From assembly GCA_965222375.1 (NCBI GenBank), contig CBDCTZ010000012.1, positions 672,001 to 736,000 on the forward strand: a DNA stretch of 64,000 bases, in the 5' to 3' direction. The stretch comes from Polyangiaceae bacterium (GTDB taxonomy: Bacteria > Myxococcota_A > Polyangia > Polyangiales > Polyangiaceae). The position numbers and the translations under genes were made by a program. Each line of letters opens with the position of its first letter. Position 1 is the first letter of the stretch. The notes beneath the pieces were generated by a model. That model saw only the letters and a list, made by a program, of their open reading frames with translations, had not been told where the DNA came from and did not search any database. Shown here in pieces: positions 27,833-38,782 of this stretch.

Positions 27833-28611
27833 GTCGGCGAAGCTGCCAGCTGTTGGTCGCGCTGGTGTGCAGTGGTCTCGTGTCGGCCGCTTGTGGCGAG
27901 GACGAGGGAGTCGGCGCCACTCCCGATGCCAGCGTCGCCCCTGCAAAAGACGCCGCCCCGGAGATTGGACCGCCAGTCGAGGCGGGGCCGAAGTTGCGTA
28001 CCGTGAGTGTGCGCAACCCGTTTGGTAACACCGAGAAGCAAAACAACTTGCTCGTGGACGGGGACTTCGAGTGGACCAGTGGTTTTGGTCAACACGGTTG
28101 GCGCGCACAATCCGGGATCGCCGAGGCCAACTTGGAGCGCGAGACAGGCGGATTGTGCCGATCCGGGGTCAGCTGTGGGCTGCTGCGACCGGGGATTTCC
28201 TTTCTAGGCTACGCGACTGCCGCACCCAACAAGGCCATGGAAGCTCGAGTTTGGGCCAAGCCACCTGTGCCCGACTGCCTCCAAACCAGCGTGACCGTGC
28301 TTCAGTGCACGACCACTTTGGTCACGATCGTCGCCACGGTTCTGCACGAGACCGACGTGCCGGGCGAGGACGGTTGGTGTCTGCACAGAGCGGTGGTTCC
28401 CGCGATGGATCTGCAACCGTGTTTGTTCGTTTCTTCCTATGCGTCGCCAGGGCAAATGACGTTGATCGACGAGGCCTCCCTTCTGGCGGTGTCCACCGCC
28501 AGGGCGCCGACCACACAATTCAAAGCGCCGACCGCCGCGGAGAAGTCGAAGATGGAGGCGGCCCTGCGAGTCTTGCTCCGACCAAGACTCGGCCCAGCTC
28601 CGCAACCGTGA
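27829..28611 (+). CDS. Lipoprotein, possible carbohydrate-binding-like beta sandwich
   Basis: SAAC lipobox, NLLVDGDFE motif; ATGA overlap with the S41 gene. Confidence 0.6.
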   Translation: MSRRSCQLLVALVCSGLVSAACGEDEGVGATPDASVAPAKDAAPEIGPPVEAGPKLRTVSVRNPFGNTEKQNNLLVDGDFEWTSGFGQHGWRAQSGIAEANLERETGGLCRSGVSCGLLRPGISFLGYATAAPNKAMEARVWAKPPVPDCLQTSVTVLQCTTTLVTIVATVLHETDVPGEDGWCLHRAVVPAMDLQPCLFVSSYASPGQMTLIDEASLLAVSTARAPTTQFKAPTAAEKSKMEAALRVLLRPRLGPAPQP

Positions 28612-28673
28612 TTGTGCCCGGCTCCTGGGCTGCGCTTGATTGTGTCGCGTGGCAAGTGCATGCTCGGAGCTGC

Positions 28674-29576
28674 ATGCACCGGGCAGCTTCGAGATTGGCC
28701 TCGCGCATTGCCGTGGGAGCATGGCTTTGTACCGGCCCACTCTTGGCTCAAGCACCGCCGCCAGAGACCCCAAAAGACGAGCCTGTCGAATCCGGTGAGG
28801 TTCTGAGCGGTGGTGTCGAGGCAGCCCCATCGGCGCCCCCGCCTGGGCCTCAAACGCCGCCACCCGTCGGGCCGCCGCCAGCCCAGCCACCGCCCGCGGG
28901 TCAGCCGCCCCCGGCGGGGCCGTACTACCCGCAGTCGGGTCCGCCCCCACAGGGCCAGCCGCCCCCCGGTCCGTTCTATCCCCCGGCCCGCCCGGTCATG
29001 GTTGCGCCGCCCAAAGAAGAACCCGGACGTCACCTCCACGATGGTTTCTACCTGCGCATGGCGCTGGGGGCCGGCGCGTTGGCCGCGACCTATGAAAGCT
29101 CCACGGCCGCCGGAACCGATGCCGACGTTGGCGGGGCTGGGCTTGGACTCGATCTCTGGATTGGGGGAACTCCCTGGCCCGGGCTCGTGATCGGCGGCGC
29201 CCTCACCGCCAACGCCGTGGACGAACCCCGCGTGGAGGCGGGTGGTGACAGTCGCACGGTGGCCAATACCAGCCTGACCTCTTCGATCCTCGGACTGTTC
29301 GTGGATGGCTTTCCCGATCCGGAGGGGGGCCTTCATATCGGAGGCATGCTGGGCATCGCCACGCTGACTTATCGCGACGACCTAGACGAAGAGCAGCGAC
29401 ACGGTGGCGGCGGGGCGGCGCTATGGGTCGGCTATGCGGGCTGGATCGGCTCTGACTGGTCCTTGGGAGGCATGCTTCGGGGCACCGTTCAAGCAACGGA
29501 ACATGAAGATTCAGACCGGGACGAAAAGGCGAACGCGCGCTCCTTGTCGCTCCTGGTCACAGCGCTGTATCACTGA
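28674..29576 (+). CDS. Pro-rich N-terminus plus small outer-membrane beta-barrel
   Basis: Signal, QPPP repeats, HDGFYLRMALG and alternating beta-strand pattern ending VTALYH; start re-assigned. Confidence 0.65.
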   Translation: MHRAASRLASRIAVGAWLCTGPLLAQAPPPETPKDEPVESGEVLSGGVEAAPSAPPPGPQTPPPVGPPPAQPPPAGQPPPAGPYYPQSGPPPQGQPPPGPFYPPARPVMVAPPKEEPGRHLHDGFYLRMALGAGALAATYESSTAAGTDADVGGAGLGLDLWIGGTPWPGLVIGGALTANAVDEPRVEAGGDSRTVANTSLTSSILGLFVDGFPDPEGGLHIGGMLGIATLTYRDDLDEEQRHGGGGAALWVGYAGWIGSDWSLGGMLRGTVQATEHEDSDRDEKANARSLSLLVTALYH

Positions 29577-30784
29577 CCCGTTTTTCCGGACGTGATCCCA
29601 AACACCTGTCCGCTCGAACACGCCAGCACGAGCCGAGAAGGGCCTGTTGGAATCAAGCTTTCGGGATCCGGACAAGCCGTGCCCTTGGCAAGTTGTAGAT
29701 TTCCGTTTGCGGAAACGATGGCCACATCCAACCCCGGTCGCGCGACAGCTACGTGCTTTCTGCTACCAATGATGGGCGGTGAACGCAGGATGCCGAGACC
29801 TGCGCCTCCCCCACCCGGAGCTCGCACTCCGGGTTCCGTGGCGACGCGCCAAGACTCGAGACCCTTGCGGTCGAAGCCCAACACCAACCCTTGCCGACTC
29901 ATGACCAGGAGCTCGCCGTTCGGCAAGACGGTGGGCGGACCCTCCAGCACGCTCGAACCCTGCATCCGAATGTGCCGCGTGTCCATTTTGAGGTTGACGT
30001 CCAGCAGTCGCTTCTCGTCGACAACCGCGCTGACATGTTTGTCCGAAGACAGCGCTGCTCCGCGGCTGATCTTGCCGCCGAAACTCGCGACCCGACGCGG
30101 CGGCTCCGGAGGCTTCCAACTCAGGACCTCCCCCCCCGAGGCGACCAGAATCACATCGCTCCTTCGCGCCAGGACTTCGACGATGTCGTTGGGTAGCCGT
30201 GCCCGAGCTCGCAGGCCCAGGTCCTGGGTGAGCCAGAGCGCTTCGCGACCCGCCGCCACGACGACCCCGCCGCTACTCACAGGTAGCAGGTCCGTCGCCT
30301 TGGAAGCAGACTTAAGGGGCAGCGGATGATGCTTGGGGGGGCCACCGTTTTCGGAAACAGACAGCAGCGCACCTGTGCTCGTCAAGGCGACGCGCGCGCC
30401 GCCTGATAGAATCGCAGGACCCGTGACAACCACGCCTTCAGGGGGGTGGGCGATCCAGCGCTGCTTGCCCTTGCTGTCGAGCTCCACCAGCGCATTGCCG
30501 AGGGTCGAGGCGACTACGTGTCCCCGGCCGTCGCTCACGACTGAGCCTCGAATCCCTCCTGAGATCCGTGCGCGCCAAGAAAGCACCGGGGCGTGGGGCA
30601 GACTCAGGTGGGTGCTGTGGGTTCGTGAGGTGTTGAAGCCTGCCATGGGCGCGGCTCCGCCCGGCGCGCCCACATGCACGTGGATCGTTCGGGTGGGATT
30701 GTGCTCGGTGGCGCTGCCGCGAAGTGCGACGGAGCACAGCGCGAGGACAGCAAGCCACCCCGCCCGCTCATAAGCTTTTGACAT
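29570..30784 (-). CDS. PQQ-like beta-propeller protein
   Basis: Signal, xWRxxxxG, LDSKGKQRW, FDRKGLESWR repeats. Confidence 0.65.
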   Translation of the reverse strand: MSKAYERAGWLAVLALCSVALRGSATEHNPTRTIHVHVGAPGGAAPMAGFNTSRTHSTHLSLPHAPVLSWRARISGGIRGSVVSDGRGHVVASTLGNALVELDSKGKQRWIAHPPEGVVVTGPAILSGGARVALTSTGALLSVSENGGPPKHHPLPLKSASKATDLLPVSSGGVVVAAGREALWLTQDLGLRARARLPNDIVEVLARRSDVILVASGGEVLSWKPPEPPRRVASFGGKISRGAALSSDKHVSAVVDEKRLLDVNLKMDTRHIRMQGSSVLEGPPTVLPNGELLVMSRQGLVLGFDRKGLESWRVATEPGVRAPGGGGAGLGILRSPPIIGSRKHVAVARPGLDVAIVSANGNLQLAKGTACPDPESLIPTGPSRLVLACSSGQVFGITSGKTGQ

Positions 30785-32882
30785 GAACGGTGTACTCCTG
30801 AGGGCTTGCGGGGGCGACCTTCGGGTGGGGGGGCGGGCGCAGAGGGTTGGGCACCAAGGTGAGCTCGAGGCAGGCGCGCCGCTGTCCCTCTACGGGAGTC
30901 GGTGGGCTGGCCCAGGGACTCGCGACGTCCCCGGTGCCCGAACTCTTGGGTGGCGAGGAATGTACCCGAACAGGCACGCCATCCGAAGGGCCCTGGCGGG
31001 GCGTGACCTGGAGCACCGCCTCCGGGGGCCGCCCGGTACGAGCCTCATGAACCTCGAACTTGATGGTGCCTGAGCCGGATTTCACGCATACGACATCAAG
31101 ATCCCGCATCCAGCCGAGTCGTCCTTGGAAGGTCGCGCCGGTGCCCAAGATGTTGGCGTCTTTGACGGTGTCGTTGGGTTCGGATTCGTTTTCCGGGTGA
31201 GCATCCGCGGCTTGCACCTCCAGAGTGTAGGTGTCGGAGACGTTTTCTTGGACGAGGGGGGCGGCGGCGCCGTAGCCGTCTCTGTCTTGCATTACGGCGA
31301 TGTAATGTGCCGCGGCTGAGAGTTCCAGAACGGGGATTTCCAGTTCGCGACCCGGTGCGCCGGCGCAATACGTTCCCAAGGGTGAGTCGATGCCTACGCG
31401 ATACACCAAGGCGCACAAACCCATGTTGGGCAGCGACGACAACGCGAGCCGAACTCGGGGTGACTTCTCGGGAACGTCCACCCTGTAGAAGTCGCGGTCG
31501 CTTCGCTCTTGGTCTAGGCGTCGCCCCATCTGTCCTTGGACTTTGCGACCGAAGGGCACGTGGGTCGCTTCACTTGCGGAGTTGTTGGGCTCGCGTTCCG
31601 CACCCGTGAACGTCGGCGTTGCCTGAACCCGCTCGATCAGATGCCATGCGCCAACTACTACGACGATGCCCGTCAAGATCACCGTCGCCCAGGCGAGGAA
31701 TCCCCGTCGCCGCAACTTGCGCTCGTACAGTTCCACTTCTCCACGGGTGACGGCATCCGAGTCGGCCCGAGCGAGGGCGTGCATTTGACCGCTGTCGAGC
31801 AGCAAGTCCACACTCGTCTGTCCCTGCTCTTTGAGCTCATCGACCAGAGCATGCTGCAGTTCTTCGACCGACTGAAATCGGTCCGCGGCATCCTTCTCAA
31901 GCGCTTTCATCACGATCGACGCCACGCCCGCCGAGATACCGAGCTCCGGGAATCTGGTCATCGGGTTCTCGGGCTTCTCGACCAAGTGCTTGGTCAGAAC
32001 ACCCATGGGCCGCGGCGCATCAAAGGGCGGATGGCCCGTCAAGCACACATGCGTGAGCGCACCCAACGCGTAGACGTCGCTGCGTTGGTCGGCATCTTCG
32101 CCACGGATTTGCTCCGGCGACATGTAGAAGGGCGTGCCGACAATCGCCCCCCGGCTCGTTACCTCTCCCAATTCTGCAGATTCGCGAAGTTTCGCGAGGC
32201 CGAAGTCGAGCACCTTGACGAGTTCGGTGCCCGCCTCGGACTTCAAAATGAAGACGTTTTCTGGTTTGAGATCCCGATGAATGATGTCGAGGCGATGTGC
32301 TTCCGAGAGGGAGCTGCAGACCTGAGTCACGATGCGCGCTGTGCGGCTAGCCGTCAGCGGGCCATTGCGGCGAATGATGCGGCCAAGATCCTCGCCCCGC
32401 AGGTACTCCATGGCCAGGTACGTCATTCCGTCGGAGGTTCCGAAGTCGAACACCTGAACTGTGTTGGGATGAGACAACCTGCTAACCATGAGCGCTTCGC
32501 GTTTGAATCGCGCCACGATCTCGTTGTCCCGGGATAGCTCGCCCGCCAGCAGTTTGAGCGCCATGAGCTTTCCGATCCGGGCGTGCTCCACCCGATAGAC
32601 GACCCCCATTCCACCGCGACCGAGAGGCTCAATGATGCGGTAGCGGCCGGCGATCACAACGCCGATCAGAGGATCCGCCACATGGCCGGTCTCTTCCACA
32701 CTGACTTCCCCGGGAATGGTGATGGCGAGGGCATCTCGGGGCTTCGACATCGAGTCGGAAGCGCCCGTCAGCGTATCCGTCGTCTTGAGCCGAACTCCGC
32801 ACTCGCTGCAGAACTTTGCCGCTGCCGGGTTCTGCGCCTGGCAGCCGCCGCAGGTTGTGGCTTCCTTGTCGCCGTCGCTCAA
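30768..32882 (-). CDS. Membrane Ser/Thr kinase with N-terminal zinc ribbon and extracytoplasmic PPC-like domains
   Basis: CGGC..FCSECG; LGRGGMGVVY, ALK, HRDLKPEN, DFGLAK, GTPFYMSPE; TM; EREPNN, DRDFY, ESEPND. Confidence 0.92.
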   Translation of the reverse strand: MSDGDKEATTCGGCQAQNPAAAKFCSECGVRLKTTDTLTGASDSMSKPRDALAITIPGEVSVEETGHVADPLIGVVIAGRYRIIEPLGRGGMGVVYRVEHARIGKLMALKLLAGELSRDNEIVARFKREALMVSRLSHPNTVQVFDFGTSDGMTYLAMEYLRGEDLGRIIRRNGPLTASRTARIVTQVCSSLSEAHRLDIIHRDLKPENVFILKSEAGTELVKVLDFGLAKLRESAELGEVTSRGAIVGTPFYMSPEQIRGEDADQRSDVYALGALTHVCLTGHPPFDAPRPMGVLTKHLVEKPENPMTRFPELGISAGVASIVMKALEKDAADRFQSVEELQHALVDELKEQGQTSVDLLLDSGQMHALARADSDAVTRGEVELYERKLRRRGFLAWATVILTGIVVVVGAWHLIERVQATPTFTGAEREPNNSASEATHVPFGRKVQGQMGRRLDQERSDRDFYRVDVPEKSPRVRLALSSLPNMGLCALVYRVGIDSPLGTYCAGAPGRELEIPVLELSAAAHYIAVMQDRDGYGAAAPLVQENVSDTYTLEVQAADAHPENESEPNDTVKDANILGTGATFQGRLGWMRDLDVVCVKSGSGTIKFEVHEARTGRPPEAVLQVTPRQGPSDGVPVRVHSSPPKSSGTGDVASPWASPPTPVEGQRRACLELTLVPNPLRPPPHPKVAPASPQEYTVHVKSL

Positions 32883-34453
32883 AACGCCTCTCCAGGTTCC
32901 ACCGCCAAGAGCTCGCTGAACAGGCGCGGCCCCAACTGCTTCCCGCTGCCGGCCATCGAGATATCACCGATCGCGATCACGTTGTCGCCGACGATGGCGG
33001 GCACGATGGCGCCGTGCTCGACTCGCACGTCGCACTCTGCGGCTGCGCAGTCAGTAGCCATCACGACCATTCGGCTGCGGTGCCCAACGGTTTCCACCTG
33101 CCGTACCTGGCCCCGGAGCGCGAATCTCTTGCTCCCGGAACCCCCGGCACCTTCGAGGACGTCCTGGAGCTTGGAGGGGGTTTTGGAGGCTTGTGCCTTG
33201 GCTTCTGCTAGCACATCGGCAACTCGGCGGACGCGCCGGCGGACAAGTCGAGGCGCGAAGCCGGGAACCGAGGCGCGGATGGTGATCTCCTTCTCGCCAA
33301 GCTGAGAAATGGCCATACGCTGCGCAAAAGCGCCGTCAGTGCCCACCGAGATCTTGCGTCCCTCGACGGTGACGACGGAACCAGGCTGTGCCTTTCCTGC
33401 GAGCATGAAAGTGTCTCGACCCAGCACGATGCTCGCATTCGGGGCCGACACGCGCAACGCCGCGATCTTCATGTCGAAGGCGAAGCTGCCGCGCTGGTCG
33501 CTGCAGCCTGGCGCGGTCAAGTTGAAGGGCACGGATCTGCGCAGCTGCTTCGGAGCGTCCGCATCCCCTAGAACACCGTCCGCCAGCTGCAGCCGGTAGC
33601 TGGCCCGGCCCTCGTCGTCCGGGGCCAATGCGTTGCCGTCGACAATTGCGCTGCCCCCGGTTGGTACTTCGACGACCAAGACGACTGCAGGTTCTTCGTC
33701 GCCGAGCCTGGATAGGTCCGGAGACAGGCGACCACAGACTCGGACGTCGATCTCCAACGTCTCTTGGTTTCCCGATGGGTCGGTCGCATTCACGATCAGT
33801 GAATTCGTTCGTAGGCCTATCGGTGTCGCCATCGTGATTTGCGCGCTGCCCTGGGATATGGAACCTTGTTCCGGGCCCAGCGCAAGATCCGTCTTGTCTA
33901 CACAGCGCGGGCAAGCCACCTCCAGTACCTGGGTTCCATCCGAGTCGACTCTCGCGATGCCCTTCGGCGGGTCAGGCCAGAGCAACCACACGATACCCCC
34001 GACCATGGCGGCTGCGAGCGTGAGCACGATTGCAGCCACGATCCCTCTTGCGATTCTGAGGCGCCGACGCTCAGCGGGAGACGTGTCTGCATCCTCGCCT
34101 TCAGGCGGACGCACGACGAGGTTTCGAAGCGTCGTCGAGAGGCGTATGCCTCCGCTCATGCGTTCATCGAGGCGTCGAGCCTTGCGTCGGCGCCTGGGCG
34201 CTTCCAGCTGTGCCCCAGACGAGCTGGGTGGCGCGGCGCGCGGGGCTGGTGCGGGCACGGGCGGTGCAGCCAACTCGGTTTTTTCTCCAGCTAGTGCATC
34301 GCGCGCGCCTCGTGACGCGTGCGGTGGCGTCGGCTTGGCCGATTGGGATTCCGGTTCCGGGGTGGGTAGGGACCCCAGAAAGAGCGTCTGTCCCCCCTTG
34401 CAGATGTCGCAGACGCCCTGCGCGGGGCGACCGCATCGGGGGCAGCGGGCCAT
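32879..34453 (-). CDS. Zinc-finger + TM + Ig-like periplasmic protein
   Basis: MARCPRCG..CDICK, Pro-rich linker, TM, Ig-like GKAQPGSVVTVEG..DGAF; stop overlaps the kinase start. Confidence 0.6.
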   Translation of the reverse strand: MARCPRCGRPAQGVCDICKGGQTLFLGSLPTPEPESQSAKPTPPHASRGARDALAGEKTELAAPPVPAPAPRAAPPSSSGAQLEAPRRRRKARRLDERMSGGIRLSTTLRNLVVRPPEGEDADTSPAERRRLRIARGIVAAIVLTLAAAMVGGIVWLLWPDPPKGIARVDSDGTQVLEVACPRCVDKTDLALGPEQGSISQGSAQITMATPIGLRTNSLIVNATDPSGNQETLEIDVRVCGRLSPDLSRLGDEEPAVVLVVEVPTGGSAIVDGNALAPDDEGRASYRLQLADGVLGDADAPKQLRRSVPFNLTAPGCSDQRGSFAFDMKIAALRVSAPNASIVLGRDTFMLAGKAQPGSVVTVEGRKISVGTDGAFAQRMAISQLGEKEITIRASVPGFAPRLVRRRVRRVADVLAEAKAQASKTPSKLQDVLEGAGGSGSKRFALRGQVRQVETVGHRSRMVVMATDCAAAECDVRVEHGAIVPAIVGDNVIAIGDISMAGSGKQLGPRLFSELLAVEPGEAF

Positions 34454-34585
34454 TGCCCGAGAGGATAGCCGACGTGGGTGGAATCTGACGAATCCGGCCT
34501 GTGGGCCGGAGCTTGGGTCATAGGCAGTTTGCAGGGACTTTGGCCCAATCTGCCTCGTTCCGGTATGGGCCGAGCAGTCCTCACC

Positions 34586-35353
34586 ATGCTCGCCAAACGC
34601 ATCATCCCCTGCCTGGACGTTCGCGACGGCCGTGTCGTGAAGGGGGTGGGCTTCGTGGCCCTTCGGGACGCGGGTGATCCCGTGGAGCAAGCTTGTCGCT
34701 ACGACGCGGAGGGTGCTGACGAAATCACGTTCCTCGACATCACCGCGTCTCACGAGAAACGCAGCGCATTGCTTAGCGCTGTCGAGCGCACTGCCAGCGT
34801 GGTGTTCACGCCGCTAACTGTTGGGGGAGGCGTGCGCAGCCTGGGGGATGTGCACGATCTGCTGAACGCGGGTGCCGACAAAGTCAGTGTCAACACGGCA
34901 GCTGTCGAGCGCCCGGAGCTAGTCGCAGAAATCTCCGACACCTACGGAGCGCAAGCTCTCGTGGTCGCCGTGGACGCGAAGATGAACGAGCAGCAAGGCT
35001 ACGAAGTATTCACCCACGGTGGTCGCAAGCCGCGGGGGTTGGACGCGGTGACTTGGGCAAAGCGCTGCGAGGAATTGGGAGCCGGAGAGATCCTACTCAC
35101 CAGTATGGACCGCGATGGCACCAAGCTCGGCTACGACTTGGCGCTCGTGCGCACTGTGGTCGACGGCGTAGGTATTCCCGTCGTTGCTTCCGGTGGCGTT
35201 GGTAACTTGGAACATCTCTACGAGGGGTTGGCTGAGGGCGGAGCAGATGCTGCGCTGGCTGCGTCGATCTTTCACGACGGTATTCACTCCATCAATCAAG
35301 CGAAGCGCTTCCTTGGCGCGCGCGGTGTTGTGGTGCGCGGAGGACAAGCATGA
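34586..35353 (+). CDS. hisF: Imidazole glycerol phosphate synthase cyclase subunit
   Basis: [62 protein letters not shown]. Confidence 0.97.
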   Translation: MLAKRIIPCLDVRDGRVVKGVGFVALRDAGDPVEQACRYDAEGADEITFLDITASHEKRSALLSAVERTASVVFTPLTVGGGVRSLGDVHDLLNAGADKVSVNTAAVERPELVAEISDTYGAQALVVAVDAKMNEQQGYEVFTHGGRKPRGLDAVTWAKRCEELGAGEILLTSMDRDGTKLGYDLALVRTVVDGVGIPVVASGGVGNLEHLYEGLAEGGADAALAASIFHDGIHSINQAKRFLGARGVVVRGGQA

Positions 35354-38300
35354 GTGTGACACTACGAGAGGTGCTGGGTGCGGCGCGGGCGCGATCGGCT
35401 TTGCTGCCGGCGGAAGTGAGCGGCTACGTGGCCCTCGCTGTTGCTGAACAAAACGCGATTAGCCAGCGAGCCGTGACACCCATTTCTGTGGAACTCGGGC
35501 CAGACGGCGCCCTGCGAGTGACCGGGGGTGAGGCAACGGACGCCGAAGGTGCGGAGACATCCGTACGTGGGCTGCTCAGCGAGCTGCTGATGGAATCGAG
35601 CTCCGTGTCCGGTGCCATGCTGCGAATCGCAAACCGTCGAACTTCCACCGGCATGGATGCTCTGGTGCGTGAAGTGGAGGCCTCGCTCATTCCGGTCAAT
35701 CGGGGCGCCGGTCGTCGCGCACTGTCCCGTTTGTACCGCGACACGGCTCGCGCCAAGGAAAGTGGCGCTCTCGACATGCCCGTCGAAGCAGAGTCCCGTG
35801 ACGTGCCGCTAGCCGTCGTGTCAGCTGAGCCAGCGTCGACTCCCTTGCCGCTGCCCGTCGCGGAGGCTCCACCACCTCTGCCGCGTCAAGCAGAGCTGCC
35901 CCATCCAGAGCCCACACTGCAATCGTTGGAGCCCATGCCGGGTCTGGAAGTGCCGCAATTCGCCTCGCCCCTGCAGCTGCCAGTGCAGCTGGAGTCGAGC
36001 GCAGCACCCGTCGCAAGGGACCCAGATTGGAGTGAGCCTATATGGGCGGATATCACCGACGAAGTGTGCCTCGAAATCAGCGACATGGTGTCAGAAGAGA
36101 CGACCTGTCCTCGGGCCGCATCGGCGCGCGTGCAGGACCATGCTTCCGACTGGGACGACTCTGTTGACGTGGTGTTTTCCCCAGTGCCTGCGAAGGCACG
36201 TGCCGTCCCGGACGAAGCGGCGGAACTCGAGATCCCAGATCTAGAGCTTCCCGCGAGTGTGAGTCCGCCGCTGCCAAGTTCCGAGGGCTACACGGCTCCG
36301 GAGACGGTGGTTGCTCTACGCGGCGCGGGGCCGGACATCGGGCATGCCGCGCTCGGCGCTACGCTACATCTTCCTGATTCCGCTCCTCTGGCTGCGGTGG
36401 ATGGGTGGTCGCTTGGTGGAGATGCGACGCCCGTCGCTCCGCTGTCAGAACCGGTGCCGGCATCAGTTTCCGAACCCACGTTGGAAGCGGAGGCCATCAA
36501 CGCGACTCCGACGCTATTCCACGAAGCCCAGGACGCAACGGAACGAGTTCCCATGGTTATAGACCGCTCGCCGTCGCCTCCGGAAGTGGACACCCCCGTC
36601 GAACCCTCAGAGCCATCCCAGGACCATGCCCACGCACTAGACTCGGAGGAAACTCCAGCGGAGCAAGCGGTTGTGGAGGGTTGTGTAGATCCGTCGGAAG
36701 CGGCCTCCCCGGTCGAAGTGACTGCGCCACTGCCCCCGGCAGTCGTGACCAACCCCCCGGAGGCGCCGGAGCCGATCCCGGCGGCAGTCGTCGTGGCTGA
36801 GCCTCCCGAGGTATTGGAACCGATCCCAATGGCGGTGGTGGTTGAAGCCTGCGAGGTCTTGGAGCCGATCCCGGCGGCAGTGGTGGCTGAAGCCAGCGAG
36901 GTCTCGGAGCCGATCCCGGTGGCGGTGGTGGCTAGAGCCTCCGACGTATTGGAGCCGATCCCGGCGGCGGCGATGGCTGAACCTCAGGTCTTGGAGCCGA
37001 TCCTGGCGGCAACCGTCACTGACAGAGCGCTGGAGGATTGCTTAGGGGGGCGAACCGCGCCCGAAGCTTTCGAGGAGGCGCCCACATGTCTGGCACCGCC
37101 CGTCGCCGAGATCGGCGCTGCACGTCTCACCGAACAACGGTCGGTCGTCGAGGCTCCTGACGAGCCTCCAATGCCGATCGACCCTCGAGACGTCTGCAGC
37201 GACCTGCAGGTTGAAGAAACCTTGGCAGCCGCGGGGAACTCGGAGGACGGGGCAGAAGACGCGGATGGAGCCAAGCGCGTGGCAGAAGACGCGGACAGAG
37301 CCGAATGCGCGGCAGCAGACGCGGACGGAGCCGAGCGCGTGGCAGCAGACGCGGACGGGGCCGAGTGCGCGGCAGCAGACGCGGATGGAGCCGAGCGCGC
37401 GGCAGCAGACGCGGACGGGGCCGAGTGCGCGGCAGCAGACGCGGACAGAGCCGAGCGCGCGGCAGATGATGGGCACTCAGCCAAGGAGGCGCCTGCGACG
37501 GATGCTAGTCCGAGCGAGAGCGGGGCTAGCGCGTCCGCGGAGGCTTCTGCAGAACCTCCGGTGGTCACCGCGGCCAATGAAACCGGCACCGAGGCGGAGG
37601 CTACTGAAGAGATTGAAGCCAACGAGCTCGACGATGAGGAGGAAGAACCGGCGGAGTCGGAGGTGCGGATCTCTAGCTTCCATCGAGAAATGACGCCCCT
37701 GCCACCGATAGTCGAACCGGCATCATCTCGGGTCGTGGCCCACCAGAGTTGTGTAGACGACCTCTTGGAAAACTTTAGCGTCGCCAACATCGGGGAGCCG
37801 TCCGACTTGTGCCGGGGCTTGAAGGAACTCGCGGGCATTGAAGCTACTGGCGCCCCCCCCCAGGTGGCCGAAGACGGTACGCCGCCTCCAGTCGCAGTCG
37901 CAGAGCGGGTGGAAGAAAGCGACGATGCCGATGCGCCGGGTCGACCCGGCCCCTTGGTGGGCGCGCTGGCTTTGCTCCTTGCTGTCGGCGTGGCGGGGTC
38001 GTCGGCGCTGCCCGATCAACCCGTGCCTCGCCTCAGGACCGCGGCAGGCGCAGTGGCCTCTGACGCACTGGAACACAGCCAAGTCCTCGATGACGAGGCG
38101 AGTTGCGACGCGGAAGTCGTGGTGCGAGACGTGCCACGGGGTGCGAGGGTGACCGCTCGGGGTGGGCCCGAGTTGACCACAGTGCAAGCGTCACGGACAT
38201 CGAAGGACCGCGTGGTGTTTACCAGATTGCCCTGCGGCGAGGCCCTGGAGGTCACGGTGCAGAATACCGGCCCTCGTCGCTGGCTCACGATCCCGGTCAC

Positions 38301-38367
38301 TGCCGCAAGGCTCTCGCCCCAACCTGGCGCTGACGGCCGCGTGCGAGTCACGCTGATCGCACGTTGA
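35350..38367 (+). CDS. Large acidic low-complexity membrane protein with tandem repeats
   Basis: 1005-aa ORF, ATGA overlap with hisF; folded-looking N-terminal ~140 aa, long Pro/Glu/Ala-rich middle, late TM and small C-terminal beta domain. Confidence 0.65.
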   Translation: MSVTLREVLGAARARSALLPAEVSGYVALAVAEQNAISQRAVTPISVELGPDGALRVTGGEATDAEGAETSVRGLLSELLMESSSVSGAMLRIANRRTSTGMDALVREVEASLIPVNRGAGRRALSRLYRDTARAKESGALDMPVEAESRDVPLAVVSAEPASTPLPLPVAEAPPPLPRQAELPHPEPTLQSLEPMPGLEVPQFASPLQLPVQLESSAAPVARDPDWSEPIWADITDEVCLEISDMVSEETTCPRAASARVQDHASDWDDSVDVVFSPVPAKARAVPDEAAELEIPDLELPASVSPPLPSSEGYTAPETVVALRGAGPDIGHAALGATLHLPDSAPLAAVDGWSLGGDATPVAPLSEPVPASVSEPTLEAEAINATPTLFHEAQDATERVPMVIDRSPSPPEVDTPVEPSEPSQDHAHALDSEETPAEQAVVEGCVDPSEAASPVEVTAPLPPAVVTNPPEAPEPIPAAVVVAEPPEVLEPIPMAVVVEACEVLEPIPAAVVAEASEVSEPIPVAVVARASDVLEPIPAAAMAEPQVLEPILAATVTDRALEDCLGGRTAPEAFEEAPTCLAPPVAEIGAARLTEQRSVVEAPDEPPMPIDPRDVCSDLQVEETLAAAGNSEDGAEDADGAKRVAEDADRAECAAADADGAERVAADADGAECAAADADGAERAAADADGAECAAADADRAERAADDGHSAKEAPATDASPSESGASASAEASAEPPVVTAANETGTEAEATEEIEANELDDEEEEPAESEVRISSFHREMTPLPPIVEPASSRVVAHQSCVDDLLENFSVANIGEPSDLCRGLKELAGIEATGAPPQVAEDGTPPPVAVAERVEESDDADAPGRPGPLVGALALLLAVGVAGSSALPDQPVPRLRTAAGAVASDALEHSQVLDDEASCDAEVVVRDVPRGARVTARGGPELTTVQASRTSKDRVVFTRLPCGEALEVTVQNTGPRRWLTIPVTAARLSPQPGADGRVRVTLIAR
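36768..37017 (+). repeat. ~6 imperfect 42-48 bp coding repeats ([14 protein letters not shown])
   Basis: GGA[GA]CCGATCC recurs at 36768, 36816, 36861, 36906, 36951, 36993. Confidence 0.85.
37251..37466 (+). repeat. 7 x 30 bp coding tandem repeat (AADADGAE[C/R]A)
   Basis: GGCAG[AC]AGACGCGGA... at exact 30-nt spacing from 37251 to 37431. Confidence 0.92.
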
Positions 38368-38398
38368 CAGCGCCAGCTCTCTGTGGCGGTCTTGGGAA

Positions 38399-38782
38399 AT
38401 GCACGACCAAAATCTGGCGATTCTCAAGAGCCTTGTGAGCGTGGCCTGGGCCGACGGCCGCATTGCAGAGGAAGAGTTGGAAGTCATCGACGCGTTGCTC
38501 GACGCGTTTGGGGCTACGCCCAGTGAGGCTCGCGAGGTTCGCAAGTACGCGGAGCAGAAGCGCACAATCGACGATGTGCCCGTCACGGATTTGAGTCATG
38601 ACGACCGCCGAGTGCTGTTGCAGCATGCGGTACTGCTCACCTACATCGATGGCGAGCAGCACGACAAGGAGAAGGAACTCCTGGAGCAGCTTTGCGAGCG
38701 CCTTCGCATTCCCGACGCGGAAGCCAAGGGGCTGATGGACGCCGCTGGGGAGCGGGCCAAGAGCTTCTTGAACCTGCTCTAG
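38399..38782 (+). CDS. TerB-family protein
   Basis: VAWADGRIAEEE and YIDGEQHDKE..L..L...LRI duplicated TerB motif. Confidence 0.8.
   Translation: MHDQNLAILKSLVSVAWADGRIAEEELEVIDALLDAFGATPSEAREVRKYAEQKRTIDDVPVTDLSHDDRRVLLQHAVLLTYIDGEQHDKEKELLEQLCERLRIPDAEAKGLMDAAGERAKSFLNLL

Noticed and set aside
28071..28673. N-terminal extension of the 501-aa ORF
   Set aside because: Overlaps the 27829 lipoprotein in another frame; the signal peptide begins near 28674.
37251..37466. 30-bp repeats as a CRISPR array
   Set aside because: Units are contiguous with no unique spacers, are in-frame within a CDS, and no cas genes are present.
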